From contig CM102286.1 in the NCBI GenBank assembly GCA_046563655.1, positions 13,826,001-13,890,000 on the forward strand: a stretch of DNA of 64,000 nucleotides. The letters run 5' to 3'. The stretch's first letter is position 1. The number at the start of each line of letters is the position of its first letter. Origin of the DNA: Yuukianura sp. NJ FZ-2021. Lineage: Eukaryota. The position numbers and the translations under genes were made by a program. Below, piece by piece: positions 1 to 12,100 of the stretch. The notes below the pieces were generated by a model that worked only from the letters and a program-made list of their open reading frames with translations, made no database searches and had not been told where the DNA came from.

Positions 1-59
1 AAAAAATAATCGAAGAATCGAATTAACTGGTGTATTTTCCAAAATTTTCGTGTCTTTAC

Positions 60-2759
60 TTTTGATAAGCTGGAGTGATCCAGATTGGATTTTCTGCAGC
101 GTCTTTGGCATATCGAAGAATCGCTTCTCTAGGATCCATGTCGTCCTTGACACTCTTGCTCATGCCCAAATTCCGAATAACATATGAGCTTAGTGTAGAT
201 CCAGAAGTGCCAACTCTTCCAGCAGTTCCAGCCGTAATTGGTAGTTCCGGTCGCTTGGACTTGACAGGATCCATTCTGGGAGATAAAACATAATTTTACA
301 TAATTAATTTAATTAATTTGTATTATATAATTAATAATTACCGAGCCTTAGCCTCTTCCCGCTTCTTGTTCCTCGGTCGATCTTGTTTGAACAGCGGAAG
401 TGCATTTGGAGTGATGATGATCCTGTTTGTCTGATCTTCTACCATGTCATCCCGTCTTTGCTTCTTTGGTTTCTGACCGTGACAGAGAAGGGCTCCCCTG
501 TGTGACTTCTGGAGATCGTAGAAGATTTTGAACGAACCGGAAGCAAAAGTGAAGAACATTTGATTGATACGATGATTCCAAGCAGCCCGGATGACAATGT
601 CCTTTGGAAACTTGATGGTCGTGGATGGCTCCACGGTGAAGTTCTTCATTCGAAGGAATCTAAGCTCAGAGTACTTGATTTCTTCGTCTTTGTCTCTTCC
701 AGTAGTTCCGCTCGGAAGACATGGAAGCAGTAAGTGTCTGTCGTCTGGACTAAAGGTGAGGTCAGTCCTGCAGTAAAAAGCAACATTCCTGTTAGAACTT
801 TTTTTCTAACTTTTCAAAAAACTTTGGAGGGCTTAGAAGACGTTTTAGAACTTACGTGTTGTACTTGGCGGCGAAATCTCCTTCCTTGAAAATTGGTTTG
901 GAGAGATTTCGGCTATCCCAGATATTGAGTACAGCATCTTCACCTCTCGACGCCACGAAGTTTCCAGAATAGGAAGTACAAATGGCAAAGATGTCAGTGT
1001 TTTTTGCATGTGCACTTTTAATTGTAGCTGTCGGAACAACAAGTTTCCGACGCGTGTCCCACATGTTGATGCAACCTGAAAACGAAATCAAAAACAAAGA
1101 TTTAGTTTTGAAGCGTTGAACAAGGTAGCAGTAGCTTGCTTACCATCCAATCCACCAGCATAAATCTGATTCCCATCTCTTCCGTAACAACAAGCTGTAG
1201 CAGGATTCTTCATTCCAGAAAGTCCACGAAGTTTGACACAAGTCTTGTGCTGTCGTGGATTGTTGACATCCCATAAGCGACAAGTTCTGAAAATCGTAAC
1301 AGTTAACATTAGACGACATTTCAAAATTAAGGTGTTTTTTTTAAGTGTCCGACGTTACCCATCGTCTGAAGCAGTAAGGAAAGTTTCTCTGCTTTTGGGA
1401 TTGAATTGACCTCCGGTCAACATTGCTACGTGACCTTTCGTTCGACCCATGTCAACAATGTACTGGTCTCCTTTGACACACTCAAGTATTTCGATGCCGT
1501 CTCTGTTGACAACTTTTGCCTGTTGGAGAGCACATTAGTCAGAAAAGCATCAAAAAGTAAAGTATCGTCAAAAGAATCTGACCTGACAGTTTCCGGAAAT
1601 GATCAGCAGGGCCTCTCCATTGTTTGAGTAACTCAAATTCTTAATTACATGGCTAAAACAAGGATAACATAACGATTAATCGATTAATGCTTAGCCTTGT
1701 TAACTAGTTAGTAAGTTGATTATTAGTAAGTTACCTTTCACATGGCTTCATAGCCCTAAAAGCATGACCGTTCTTGAGTCCAGTGAAATCCCACAGTTTG
1801 ACTTCGTAGTCCAGAGATCCAGTAGCGAAGCGAGTACCACTTGGATCCACAGCAAAAGCGGAAACTGGTTTGTCACTGTGCGATAAATTAGTCTTGAACT
1901 GAACAGGGAAGTTCGGTTTGTATGTTTCCTCATCGTCACTGGAGAAAAAATTTTCAATTTTCAATAGTTACGCAGCAAAAGCTCCGTATTTTCTCATAAG
2001 GATAGTAAAAATGATTATGCTCACGAGCTAATACCGTCCTCATCAGTTGCATCTTCGTCATCTGAATCAGAAACGTTAGAACGTCGTGTAACTGCGGCAG
2101 ATTTTGCCGTCGACGCAGTTGCAGCATCCGTATGTGGCTGTTCTGGATTTTTTTCGGTGTCACTGTCGTCGTCCTCGTCACTGTTGGGTTGTGCTAGTTT
2201 AGGGGAGGACTTGGATTTTGTTGTATATTTCGTGTCATCCTCGCCTTCATCAAAGTCAGGAATCGTTTCTGCAGCTTTCTCTGAAAACGACATTAAAAAC
2301 TGAATAAAAGAGATAAATAACAGTATTCAATTATCAATCAGTCTAACTACCTGCTCGTTCCTGTAACTTCGCTTTTCTGATAGCATCAGTCATTTCCTTG
2401 ATGTCGAAATTCCTTGCAGTTTTCTTCTTGGTTGTCGTATTTTCAACCTTAGATGTACTCGTAATAAACGAACTGAAGCCCATAATTCGATTCATTTCCT
2501 CATCGTCGACAGGATCTGAGTCCGGCATAGGATTTACTTGCGCCACTTTTCCAGGTTCCGACTGTGGCTTTTTGAATGAAAATGTAGCGAAGCCTTGAGT
2601 TTGACTTGCATCAGAAGTTGCAGATTTGATTTCGCTGCTAGTTCCAACATCCGTCGCTGCTGCAGGGGTTGTAGTTGTACTTCCTAACGTAATTTTTCCA
2701 AAGGATATTTTGGATCCGCCGGGCTTCTTCGTCGTGAAATGCAGTGGCTTCGCTGCCAT
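60..2759 (-). CDS. WDR70: WD repeat-containing protein 70 / gastrulation-defective protein 1 homolog, 3'-partial (9 exons visible)
   Basis: Phase-consistent GT-AG exons: 2759-2351, 2280-2025, 1938-1735, 1652-1583, 1519-1359, 1286-1144, 1075-856, 767-342, 275-60 (donor GTAAAG at 59; gene continues off-window). The translation has WDR70-typical segments MGFSSF..ARNFDI, DPSGTRFATGSLDYEVKLWDF, AKVVNRDGIEILECVKGDQYIVDMGRTKGHVAML, IITPNALPLFK, RMDPVKSKRPELP, DPREAILRYAKDAAENPIWITPAY. Introns are 63-88 nt. Confidence 0.93.
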
Positions 2760-3581
2760 ATTTGATTCTGTTCTACGTATCGTTCACTGGCACCCAAAAA
2801 CCCAAAACCAGTAACCAGATCAGGAATGTAATCGTGTTAGCGTATCTACGAGGTCATTAGTTGTTCGTAATTAGGTAGTAGCATCATCCACATTGAAAAT
2901 CCAAAACAATTTGATCTAAACAAAGACAAAATTACGATTTTAATTAGTTGTATGCCTTTAATTCTCCAATTTATAGCAAAATAGTACTTACCAATAAGTT
3001 CCACACGGGAAATTACTTTTTCCGCAACTAAAAATAAAATTAGTGAGGAAATTATTAACAATTATCAAATAAATTGCAATTTGATTGACAAATTAAATTA
3101 GTAAATCGAAATATAAAGATTTAAATAATTTTCCCGCTCAGCTGAGTTTGAAAAAAAATTAATTCCAGTTGGGTGATGCCCATCTCTGACGATCGGGTGA
3201 CGCGCGTGTTGTGGAGTAGTTTTTTGTACAACCGAAATATTTACAAACGAAGAGGGTTTTTTGAAAACGAAAACGACAAGAAAACGTCAAGAAGAGGTCA
3301 ACATTCCTCGTTCCGTCGAATCCTTTGTTACCCGCATTCTTCATCAATCAACAGCGTATGCTTGAAACGTTTGTCAAACGTCAAGTAAAGTGAATTCTGA
3401 AAGGCTTAACTCCCGTCCGTCCAACTCCAGCCCTCGAGAACTCCAGAGTATTCTGCTGGAGTCCACAGAAGGCCAAAGATTATACCAAAGTAAAGGTTAG
3501 TACATAGCTTTGCATTTTATATGGAGTAACTAGTTATCGATTGATCAGTGATTACTTTTGTTACACTTGAAGTAAGGCGAA
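2760..3581. promoter_or_regulatory. Probable bidirectional promoter and 5' UTRs of the head-to-head WDR70-NPRL2 pair
   Basis: 822 bp lie between the divergent start codons. The middle is locally CpG-richer (3180-3420), with TCAGCTGA near 3138 and a DRE-like TATCGATT near 3535. Start sites cannot be placed from sequence. Confidence 0.55.
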
Positions 3582-5257
3582 ATGGATCCGAATTTGTCAA
3601 TAACTCCTACACAAATGGAAGAAGAGGGAATTGATTTGTTTGAAGGCTGTGGACGCGAAGGTCCAATTCGTGCAATATTTCTGAGCGAGTTTCATCATAC
3701 TGCTGGCCCAAAAATTGTCTATCAGTATCCACCGAATGTCATCACAAAGGAGATATTTGACGCCATTTCGTCGTATATTATCCCGAAGAGTCATCTTCAG
3801 CGACTCACTATCACAGTCAATGCTCTTGGGAAGAAAATCATTGGACATCCAATCAACATCGAGAATCCCAAGTACCATCGGAATGCTTACTACTTCAACA
3901 CTTGTTTTGTCTGTGACGCTTGGGCAAGAACCGTTCAGTACGAGCAAGTTGTGGTAAAGTTTGCTGAATTTTTTCATTTGCTGGAGTCTGAAAGTCAGTT
4001 ACTGTCAAGGCAAGGTGAAGGTGAAGGTGGGGAGAGTATCGAGAGCCAGTTGGAAGACATCTTCCGGAACGTACTTGCGGGCTTGAATGGTCCAAGTAGA
4101 GAATGCTCGATTATCGTCAGCGGAAGGACGAATCGCTTGCTGAAACTGAAAGTTGTTGCGGCAGTACTCAGCGATCCACCGAAAGTGAAAAACCATCAAG
4201 TTCCTGTGTTTGTTACGGACATTACACCAGTGGACAAGTGGGATCTAACTACTCAACAGCTTATTCCGTACATCAATGGATTCAATCACGTCGCTAGGAT
4301 TGGTAATGTTGTTAGTCCTTGACGTATGTATGAGTGTGACGATTAACCTATTTCTTATTTTATTGTTTTAGGTCAAATGGCCGATGTGGACACGAGTCTC
4401 ATCAAAGTCTGTTTGCAAAACTTACTTTACTACAAAGTCATCAAAATCGTGCCAATATTTCAATACTCCAACACCTACGCCACAACTCCCGCAATTCATA
4501 AGAAGCTTTTCGTTGGGGATCCAAACTTCAAAACCGAATGTATCGAATTCGTTGCCAGGCTGGAGCATGTAACAACATTTTTTTTCTCTTCTTTTTCATT
4601 CCAACCTTATCAAACATCGTAATCAAGCTTAACTTTTTGCAGGCCCTTCCACATTTTGGCGACATCGTTCGATTCTACTGTGATATGAAACGGGGAGTAA
4701 CAATCAAGGAATTATGTACTCGATATCGCACAATTCCAGCTCGTCCTGGAACTCCACTTCATCTTCCCTCAATTTCAGACAGTGGAAAGTACAGTGACCA
4801 TTCACTGTCTTCGTCAACTCATTCTCAAAGTCCAAAGTCATATTCTAATCCAACCACACCGATTCATCTTAGAGCAGTGACACAATCCCAGTTTTACAAT
4901 CGGTTTCAACACGAACACAATTACACCATTCTGAACGTTATCGACGAAAGACAGTTAGTTCTTTTTGGATTAGTGCATGGACTAATTCGTCGGATTGAAA
5001 AGTTTCCAGTGCTACAAGTGAATCCTCAACGTCACTCTTCATTCAGTCTCACTGGAAGTTCAAGTACTTATACCCAGAGAGACGAAGATCCAGTCAAAAC
5101 GATTCTGCTCAACAACAGAAGGAAGCATGCAAATATCTACACAATGTTTACAGGTGATTACACGTATGACGAGATCTGTTTGAGCAATGAAATTTCTCAA
5201 ACAGATCTCGATGACCTGATTGAAAAGGATCCAGAAGTAGTTGTTATTTGGAAGTAA
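3582..5257 (+). CDS. NPRL2: GATOR1 complex subunit NPRL2 (nitrogen permease regulator 2-like), complete, about 510 aa
   Basis: Exons 3582-4302, 4372-4568, 4643-5257 (GT-AG introns of 69 and 74 nt, phases 1 and 0). Motifs: IFLSEFHHTAGPKIVYQYP, KYHRNAYYFN (arginine finger, codon 3879-3881), WDLTTQQLIPYINGFNH, QNLLYY..FQYSNTY, DERQLVLFGL, YDEIC..IEKDPEVVVIWK-stop. Confidence 0.95.
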
Positions 5258-5303
5258 TTAATGATCCACTTCAACTAATTTATACTTAGTCTGCTAAATT
5301 TAA

Positions 5304-5379
5304 TTAAGTTAACCTAACTAGGTTATCTACTTAAGTTAACTTAACAAGGTTATCTAGCTAAGTAAGCTAGGTTAGCCTA
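5304..5379. repeat. 27-bp palindrome-containing tandem repeat in the presumed NPRL2 3' UTR
   Basis: TTAAGTTAACCTAACTAGGTTATCTAC (5304-5330), TTAAGTTAACTTAACAAGGTTATCTAG (5331-5357) and a degenerate third copy. Confidence 0.7.
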
Positions 5380-8300
5380 ATTAACTGCCTTGTTAATTAG
5401 AAAACAGGTTGATTTATTCATAATTTGCTAAAGTTTCCGGTGTATACTGTGGCCAATACACCGAAAACGGAAGTTAAGATGTAACAAGGGAAGAGTGGGA
5501 ATGAGCAAACCAAAAAAAGCGGAAATTTTTGAATTTTCATGGTTTCGGTACATCTTTTGTAATGTAGTTTGTATTCTGACAACCAACATCCGTGTAATCC
5601 GTTCCATTTTTGACATGGAGCTTACAAAGTCAAAGGTCAAAATTAATTCTGATGTTAACTTTTGACATCTTTATTTATTCCTAGTCCATCTCACTCTCAT
5701 GTTTCCCTAATCTGATTTTTTTTTGAAATGCCGACTTTGGTTGAAAAGTGACACGTACTAACCAAAGTTGGATTTTGAATGAAATTGAAATTTTAAGCTA
5801 AGCATAGCATAAGGCGGTCTTGTTTGTAAAATTGTAATTGAGCCGGGTATTAATTTTTGTAGAATTGCAGCACATGCTGCGACTAAACTTAAGCATTTTT
5901 GATGCGCTTCTAATTTTTAGCTTCTGGATTTTTTAAAGAACTTTTAAGAAGCGTTTTTTATGCTTGTGCCTTAAGTGGCTCTTAATAAGATTTTAGTTTC
6001 TTTGTCTTGTCAAAAGGTAAAAAATGCTGGAGAACTAAGAAGATTTATTTGGTTTGGAAACGGAGTGGAATTGTAATTTCCATGCTTCTTTACACCTCAT
6101 TTGTGCCTGTCAATCATTTCCACTTAAAAATCTTCTTTGTTTTCTACAGCAAAAAAAAAAACTTAATTTTTTTTAAACTAAAAATCTCATTTCCAATGTG
6201 TCCAGAGATGCGTTAATTGCTCAAGGCATAACGCAAAGTAAGTTAAGTAGGGGGCGGGGAAAACCGTATTGCCTAATGGACCCCATTTAAATTTGTTTTT
6301 GCCGCGTCGAAATCAGAAATCATAGTCTTTTGTACTATTCTCTACAATTGCATCGTGGTAGAGCCCATAATTATGATTTAAAGAGTCCATTTGTACTTTT
6401 GTTTCACACCTTTCAACTTCCATTGTTCTCAGAAACGTAACTAACTCACGTTCAATTTTTTTCAAATTGTTGTGATTCAGTTGAGATACTCGGATTTCAA
6501 AGTTTTTGAGTAAAAAAGCTTTTTAAGCAATTTTCGAGTTGATTTCAATTACGAAAATTGAGCAATTAAAGGCATTGTTAAGTATTTAGTCATCGGAGTT
6601 AAAACTGACTCATACTGTTTTTTTTAGAAAGTGTTTGTGCTGTGATACTTTATTGTTAGAATGTGCAGACGTATTATAAAGTTAGGTTTTTTGAAAAATA
6701 TGACCTCATAAGTCATAAAAATAGCAGGTCAAGTGAGGTCACAGGGTAGATTTTATAAACTCTTAAGTTGTTTGACACGTCTTAAAAATATGAAGGTTGG
6801 CATTGAGTAGTTTATGAGTTTTAGTTCATATATTGTTTGTGTTCTAAAAAGTTGTGTTAAACGACAGTTTTAAGACTGTCGTAACTTTTTGACTTTGTTG
6901 TTGCTACTTTTAACAAAAGTGTCAAATAGTGTCAAAGTAAAAGAATTTATGACATGAAGAAGTCAGGTCCCTGGGGTTGGGGTAGCTCCTGTTTGTTTTG
7001 TTACATGATCATAAAAGATGGAGTTTCAAACAATATTGACCGTTTTCAAGTTTCTGTGACACTTTTTGAAAAAGTGATTTCTAAATTTTGAAAGGGAATA
7101 TTTATTATTGCAGTTATCTAGTAATTGCAAACGAAGTAGGTTAAGATTGAATCAAAGGAAAAGATTTGCGTGGCTTGTAAGTGGTAATTCTGAGAAAATT
7201 TTCCGTTTTTCATTTAAAAATTTATTTGAATCCAAAAGCGGCGGATCGGTTCAAGCCGTCTTGCTTAAAGTTATGTTTTTACACTTTGGTAACTTTAAGA
7301 GTAATCAAGAAACTTTGTTTTGAAATGGAACTATTATCCAAATGGATTCCGCAGTACAAAGAAGTTTGAACAAAACACATTTAATGAAATTCGATGTCTC
7401 GCTGTGCCTCAGATTGCTTTTCTTATTTCATCTTCCCATTTAACAATTTTACAATTTAGAACACAAGACAGGTCATCTTTTTGTTACAGATTTACGGTAG
7501 AGGTGTGGTTCCCAGTAGTTATAAATATTTTCATAACCGGAACATCTTAAACGGTTTTGAATTTAAAAAGTTTTTCAAAAACTGTTCAGCATTCTCAAAA
7601 TTTCAAAAATTTCTTTGTTCAAAAGTAACCCTAAAGCGAAAACTAAGTCTGTGTCAAGACGGATAAAACTTGCGAAATTCTTTTTGTGGAAAATCTGATC
7701 AGGGTCGTAAACTCTCGTCTTGTTTTTTCAAGATTCTTAAAATCTTAAAATTTGTTTTGTTCAAGAAATGATCAAATTTTTGGAGTTTGTTTTGTTCAAA
7801 AAGTGACAAAATCGTGATTGGCGGATGCAGATGCTTGGAAAGTGGTTTGCCATGAGCAAATTGTTTTTGAAATTTCGCGGGCGTCTCATGCTTTTGGAAT
7901 TTCAGTGGAAAAAAAGAGACGAATGACTCAATTTGTTCAAAAACGATGAACTGTTGAAATCATTTGTAATTTCAGCAACTGTCTACCACCAAGTCACGCA
8001 GCTTTCTCAGAAAATTAATGGAGTGTGAACTACCTGGGATTGGTCTCATGAAACATACACAAAAATTGGCAAAAACGCATTGCAAGATGCTTAAGCTAAC
8101 AAAACTTTCAAAAAATCCCGCGTTTTAACCGTAGCACCTAAAACCTGTCATTAGGTCAATCTTTTAAAAAAAATTCCCCGCCTCCTCTAAAGTGCTTTTT
8201 TCTTACTCAAATTGTGTCCAAGACGTTCGAAATTACAGGGAGCTTGTCAGTCGGATTTCTTGAGTGACAAGCTTTTCCTTGCCTACCGCATGTCAGTTTT

Positions 8301-9050
8301 TTTCAAAAAATTTTTTCAAAATGAACTTTTTTTGAAAAGTGAGTTTTTGATTACTATGTATGTTACCTGGGCCGGGGCAATACGGTTGACCCGCAGGGGT
8401 CATCATCAAATTCAGGGAACAGGAGGGGGGCTCAGGAGAAACTTTTGAATTCTCCCGGATTCTGGCACGTCCTGGACGAAAGTCTCCCTATTTCATTTTA
8501 AGTTACGTGGTTACTTTTGTTAGGTTACGTTAGATGGTTACTATTGGAAGGTTACGTTAGGTGGTTACCATGTTGAGGCCGAGGCATGACCCCATGGGGT
8601 AAGGGAGCAGCCCTTGGAGATTTGGGAAATTATTAATTGTAGCCCTTTGGCCTTTCCACAAAAGATTTAAGCCTCTCATTTCCTTTTTCTTGCGTCATGT
8701 GAACTTTTAGTTTAAAAAAATACGTTTTTTGTTTTAAGCTAGTTTTTTGTTCTCGTCTTAAAAGTGTATGAGAGTTGAATTTAGTTTAAATGAGAAAGTA
8801 ATTAAGTAGAAACTTTTTGTGAAAAGGTGCTCTTGTCTTATTAGTCATCTTGAGAGTGTTGGATCATAAATTTGTTTTCACTTTTTAAATCTTGATGGAA
8901 GAGGGAGATGAATTGAAATGAACTTCCTATGAATAAATATTCTCAGAAAAAAAGTTGTATACAAGGGAATGAAATTTGAAACTTACACGAAGTTTTAAAA
9001 ATTCTTCCACTACATACTGACTACGTGCTTTTGAATTTTTTTTTTGTTAG

Positions 9051-9133
9051 GCGTTTCTCCAAAATCGGAAAATTCCCTAATGCAATGACGACCATCACTT
9101 TGACGAATTCTGACGCGTGGGCATCTGAACAAG
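9051..9133 (+). other. Isolated 83-nt internal exon candidate (possible distant 5' UTR exon of the CLCA-like gene, or a lncRNA exon)
   Basis: Branch-like TACTGAC at 9015-9021, poly-T tract, TAG|G acceptor at 9050, and consensus donor AAG|GTAAGT at 9134. Confidence 0.55.
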
Positions 9134-12100
9134 GTAAGTTTCATGAATTTTGTTTATTTTCGCTTGATTTTTTCTTAGCGTTTTGTGAAATTTTGAAAAA
9201 TTTGCATAACCTATGGAAAGTTTAAGCTGATGGGCGAGGTTTTGAACAAAAGAGTGTAAAAAAGTAGTTTCAAAATTTTTGAAGTTGAGAATTTTGGTGC
9301 TGAAGAAGCCATTAAGAGGTCAGAGGTCACAGAGTTCATTTCGGTAAAAATGTTTGGCATCCTCTAAGTAGTAGTTAATATATTTTAAAGTGTATTAAAA
9401 CATATTATAATATATTTTAAAGTAGTTGTGCTCTGCATGAGAACAAAGAGACTTCCAGTTTTAATTATTATTGTAATTAGAATGGAAAAACTTGTTTCAT
9501 CATCGTTTTTCACTTTTATTCTGGTGACCTCCTGCAGAGCCATACTGGTTCAATCATGAGTCAGTCGAAATTATATTTTTTGAAAAAAAAAACTTAAAGC
9601 TCACCTTTAGCCAAGTATGAATAAGACTTTTGAAAATGAAATTTCGAAATTTGATTCATACCGCGCATGCTCACAAATCTTACATTCGTTTTCTCGCTCT
9701 GTACAATCCAATGTCGTCCATCAATGCTAAAGTACTTTTCAAATTCATATTTTTTGTTTCTACCTTGAAAAAGTTGCACAGCTTTTAATTAACATTAAAT
9801 GTAGAAGTGCAAAAAATGAAAAGTAAATTGGAAAGGAATTGGAGTCATGCTGAGCCCAAACCAATTTTTTCTCGTTGTTCCAAACTACAATTTAAACTTA
9901 ATTTGGAGTCCCATAATTTGTGCCTGTAGCACAATTATGTGTTGCATAAATTCATTAAAGTTAATCACAATTACTTTTTTCAGTGTTAATTTTAATGATA
10001 ACTTAATAGTTGCCCATTTCAAGGAATCAGTTCCAAACGTGTCAATTAATTTTAAATTTTCAACCTGAGTAATTGCAAAGCATAGTTAATTTGTTGACAG
10101 ATCGAGGGCATCAAATCCTTGTTGTTTTTACGCCTGTTTACTTAAAAATTGACTTGTCCTTTTGAATGTTTGCGCATGAGCAGTGATGTTCCAATTTTAA
10201 AATTTAGGCACATCCAAGGTGTCACTTTAAGATCAAATCACGGATGAATTAAAAAGCAAAGGATATTGACTCTAGGGCATTGGGTTTCTTAGTTTGTTTG
10301 TGTTTTGGTCCATTGAAGCTGAAAATTTTTAGAGATGCGTTTAGATGCAAAGGAATCAGAATGGAGCGAAAATTCAAAAGTAGAGTTACATAATATCTGA
10401 TTTTTTTTTAAATTTCGATTGTTTGAAAATAATTGACTGTACTTGAGTATGTTTTGGTTGGACTTTTGGACATGGACGAATAATTGGTTGATCGAATACT
10501 GCTTTTGTAAAGTGTTGAGAACGTTGACATGACTGACACTCCCAAATTTCAAAATCTCCCTCCAAATCTTTGCGCTTTGTCCATGTCAGTTTACATTTGG
10601 TTAACAACGCGAACAGTGCGTGAACTGACAGCGTCTGCGTCAACGCTTTTTTTTCATTTCCGTTTAAGGTTAAAGCTTGACGCTGTTTTGGATATTTTGG
10701 ATTTTTTTTCTGAAACAAGAAATTTTTAGCCAAAAATGAATTTTTTTTTCTCCACTCTAAAATTCGTATGTGCATTAAACTAATGGTTCAGCAGACTTTG
10801 CAAGATATCTTCTCTTGAGATTTTTTCTTAAAGCTTGTTCGAAAAAAAAGATTATTTTTTTAAAGAGGCTGATTTAACCCACGGAGTTTTCATTGAGCAT
10901 TGCATGTGATGCACTTTAGGTGTGTTTTTACTAAAAAAACAATCATGTTTGTAACTTGAATTGAATTACATTTCCAGGAAATGAGTCCATTGTACAAATC
11001 GAATTGGTAGTTTCAAACTCGTGCGACTATTCAGAAGGTACAAAATCGTGGTAATCGTGATTGATGGATTGCTCACATTTGGTTTAGATGAAACATGACT
11101 CAGTTTGGCATTGCTTAGTTATGATTAATTTCTTCCAATATCCTATTTTTGCTGTTTTAACATTGAACTTTTGAAAGTGTTTGGTTTCACACCTACAACA
11201 AAAAACTACTCAACTAGTCATCAACTTAAAGTGTTATACGCTCCTCTCCATTGTGTTTTTTGTGTCCTTAATCCAAATTAATAGTGGTCCATTCGTCTTC
11301 CTAATTGGACTTGAGCATTGTTGTGACTTGGATTGTTCACTGTCCAACATCTTCTTCTTTAAAAGGAACATGCTTAAGAGATGCTGTTGTGAACAACAAT
11401 TTTAAGCCATGATGGATGAGGTCCACACCATTTCAAAATGGTTTAAAAAAGAGACTAGAAAGACGCTAACTGTGTTTGGAGCTGACAGAATAGGCTTTGC
11501 CTAGGCTAACAAATGCGGCTGGCAGCTGAGACACGCATGCGTATTGACAGTTTGAACAATTTTTTTTAGAAAAAGTTCAATTTTTTTTTTGAATTTGGAG
11601 AACGGGTCGAAGAACGTCTTAGACCAAATAAAGCTTGTCGTAAATTTGTGTCATGACAGTTGGGCCGCTGTTTGGAATGGTTCAAATCGTTTTATGAAAT
11701 GAAATATTAAATGTGGCATGCAACAAGTGATAAATTGCACAACCCATTTAGCGCGAAACTTAAAAAAAGATTATGAATAGCATAAAAGCACATGCGTAAT
11801 TCAAGCCGCTGACATTTGAAATCTCAAACAAATTAAATATTTCGAAACGGATCGTCTTTGAACTTCCAGAGGAACGAAACAACTTCTTTCAAGAGATTTC
11901 AAAATTCAAAACAAAAATTCACTTTTTTAAATGGCATTTAGGTTCTTTGGGATGGGAGGGTGTTTAAAAAAAGTGAGAGAAAACATTCGCTCAAAATAGC
12001 ATTTGTACCTATGTGGAGGAAAAATATGAAAACGAGGATTTTTAATTAGCAACTTTCAAAAATAACGCTAAATCTCAGATGATAATGCTCTTAATTTTTT

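Noticed and set aside
3597..3977. Antisense and alternative-frame ORFs overlapping NPRL2, WDR70 and CLCA exons (also 55128-55556)
   Set aside because: These are shadows of real coding exons with no independent evidence.
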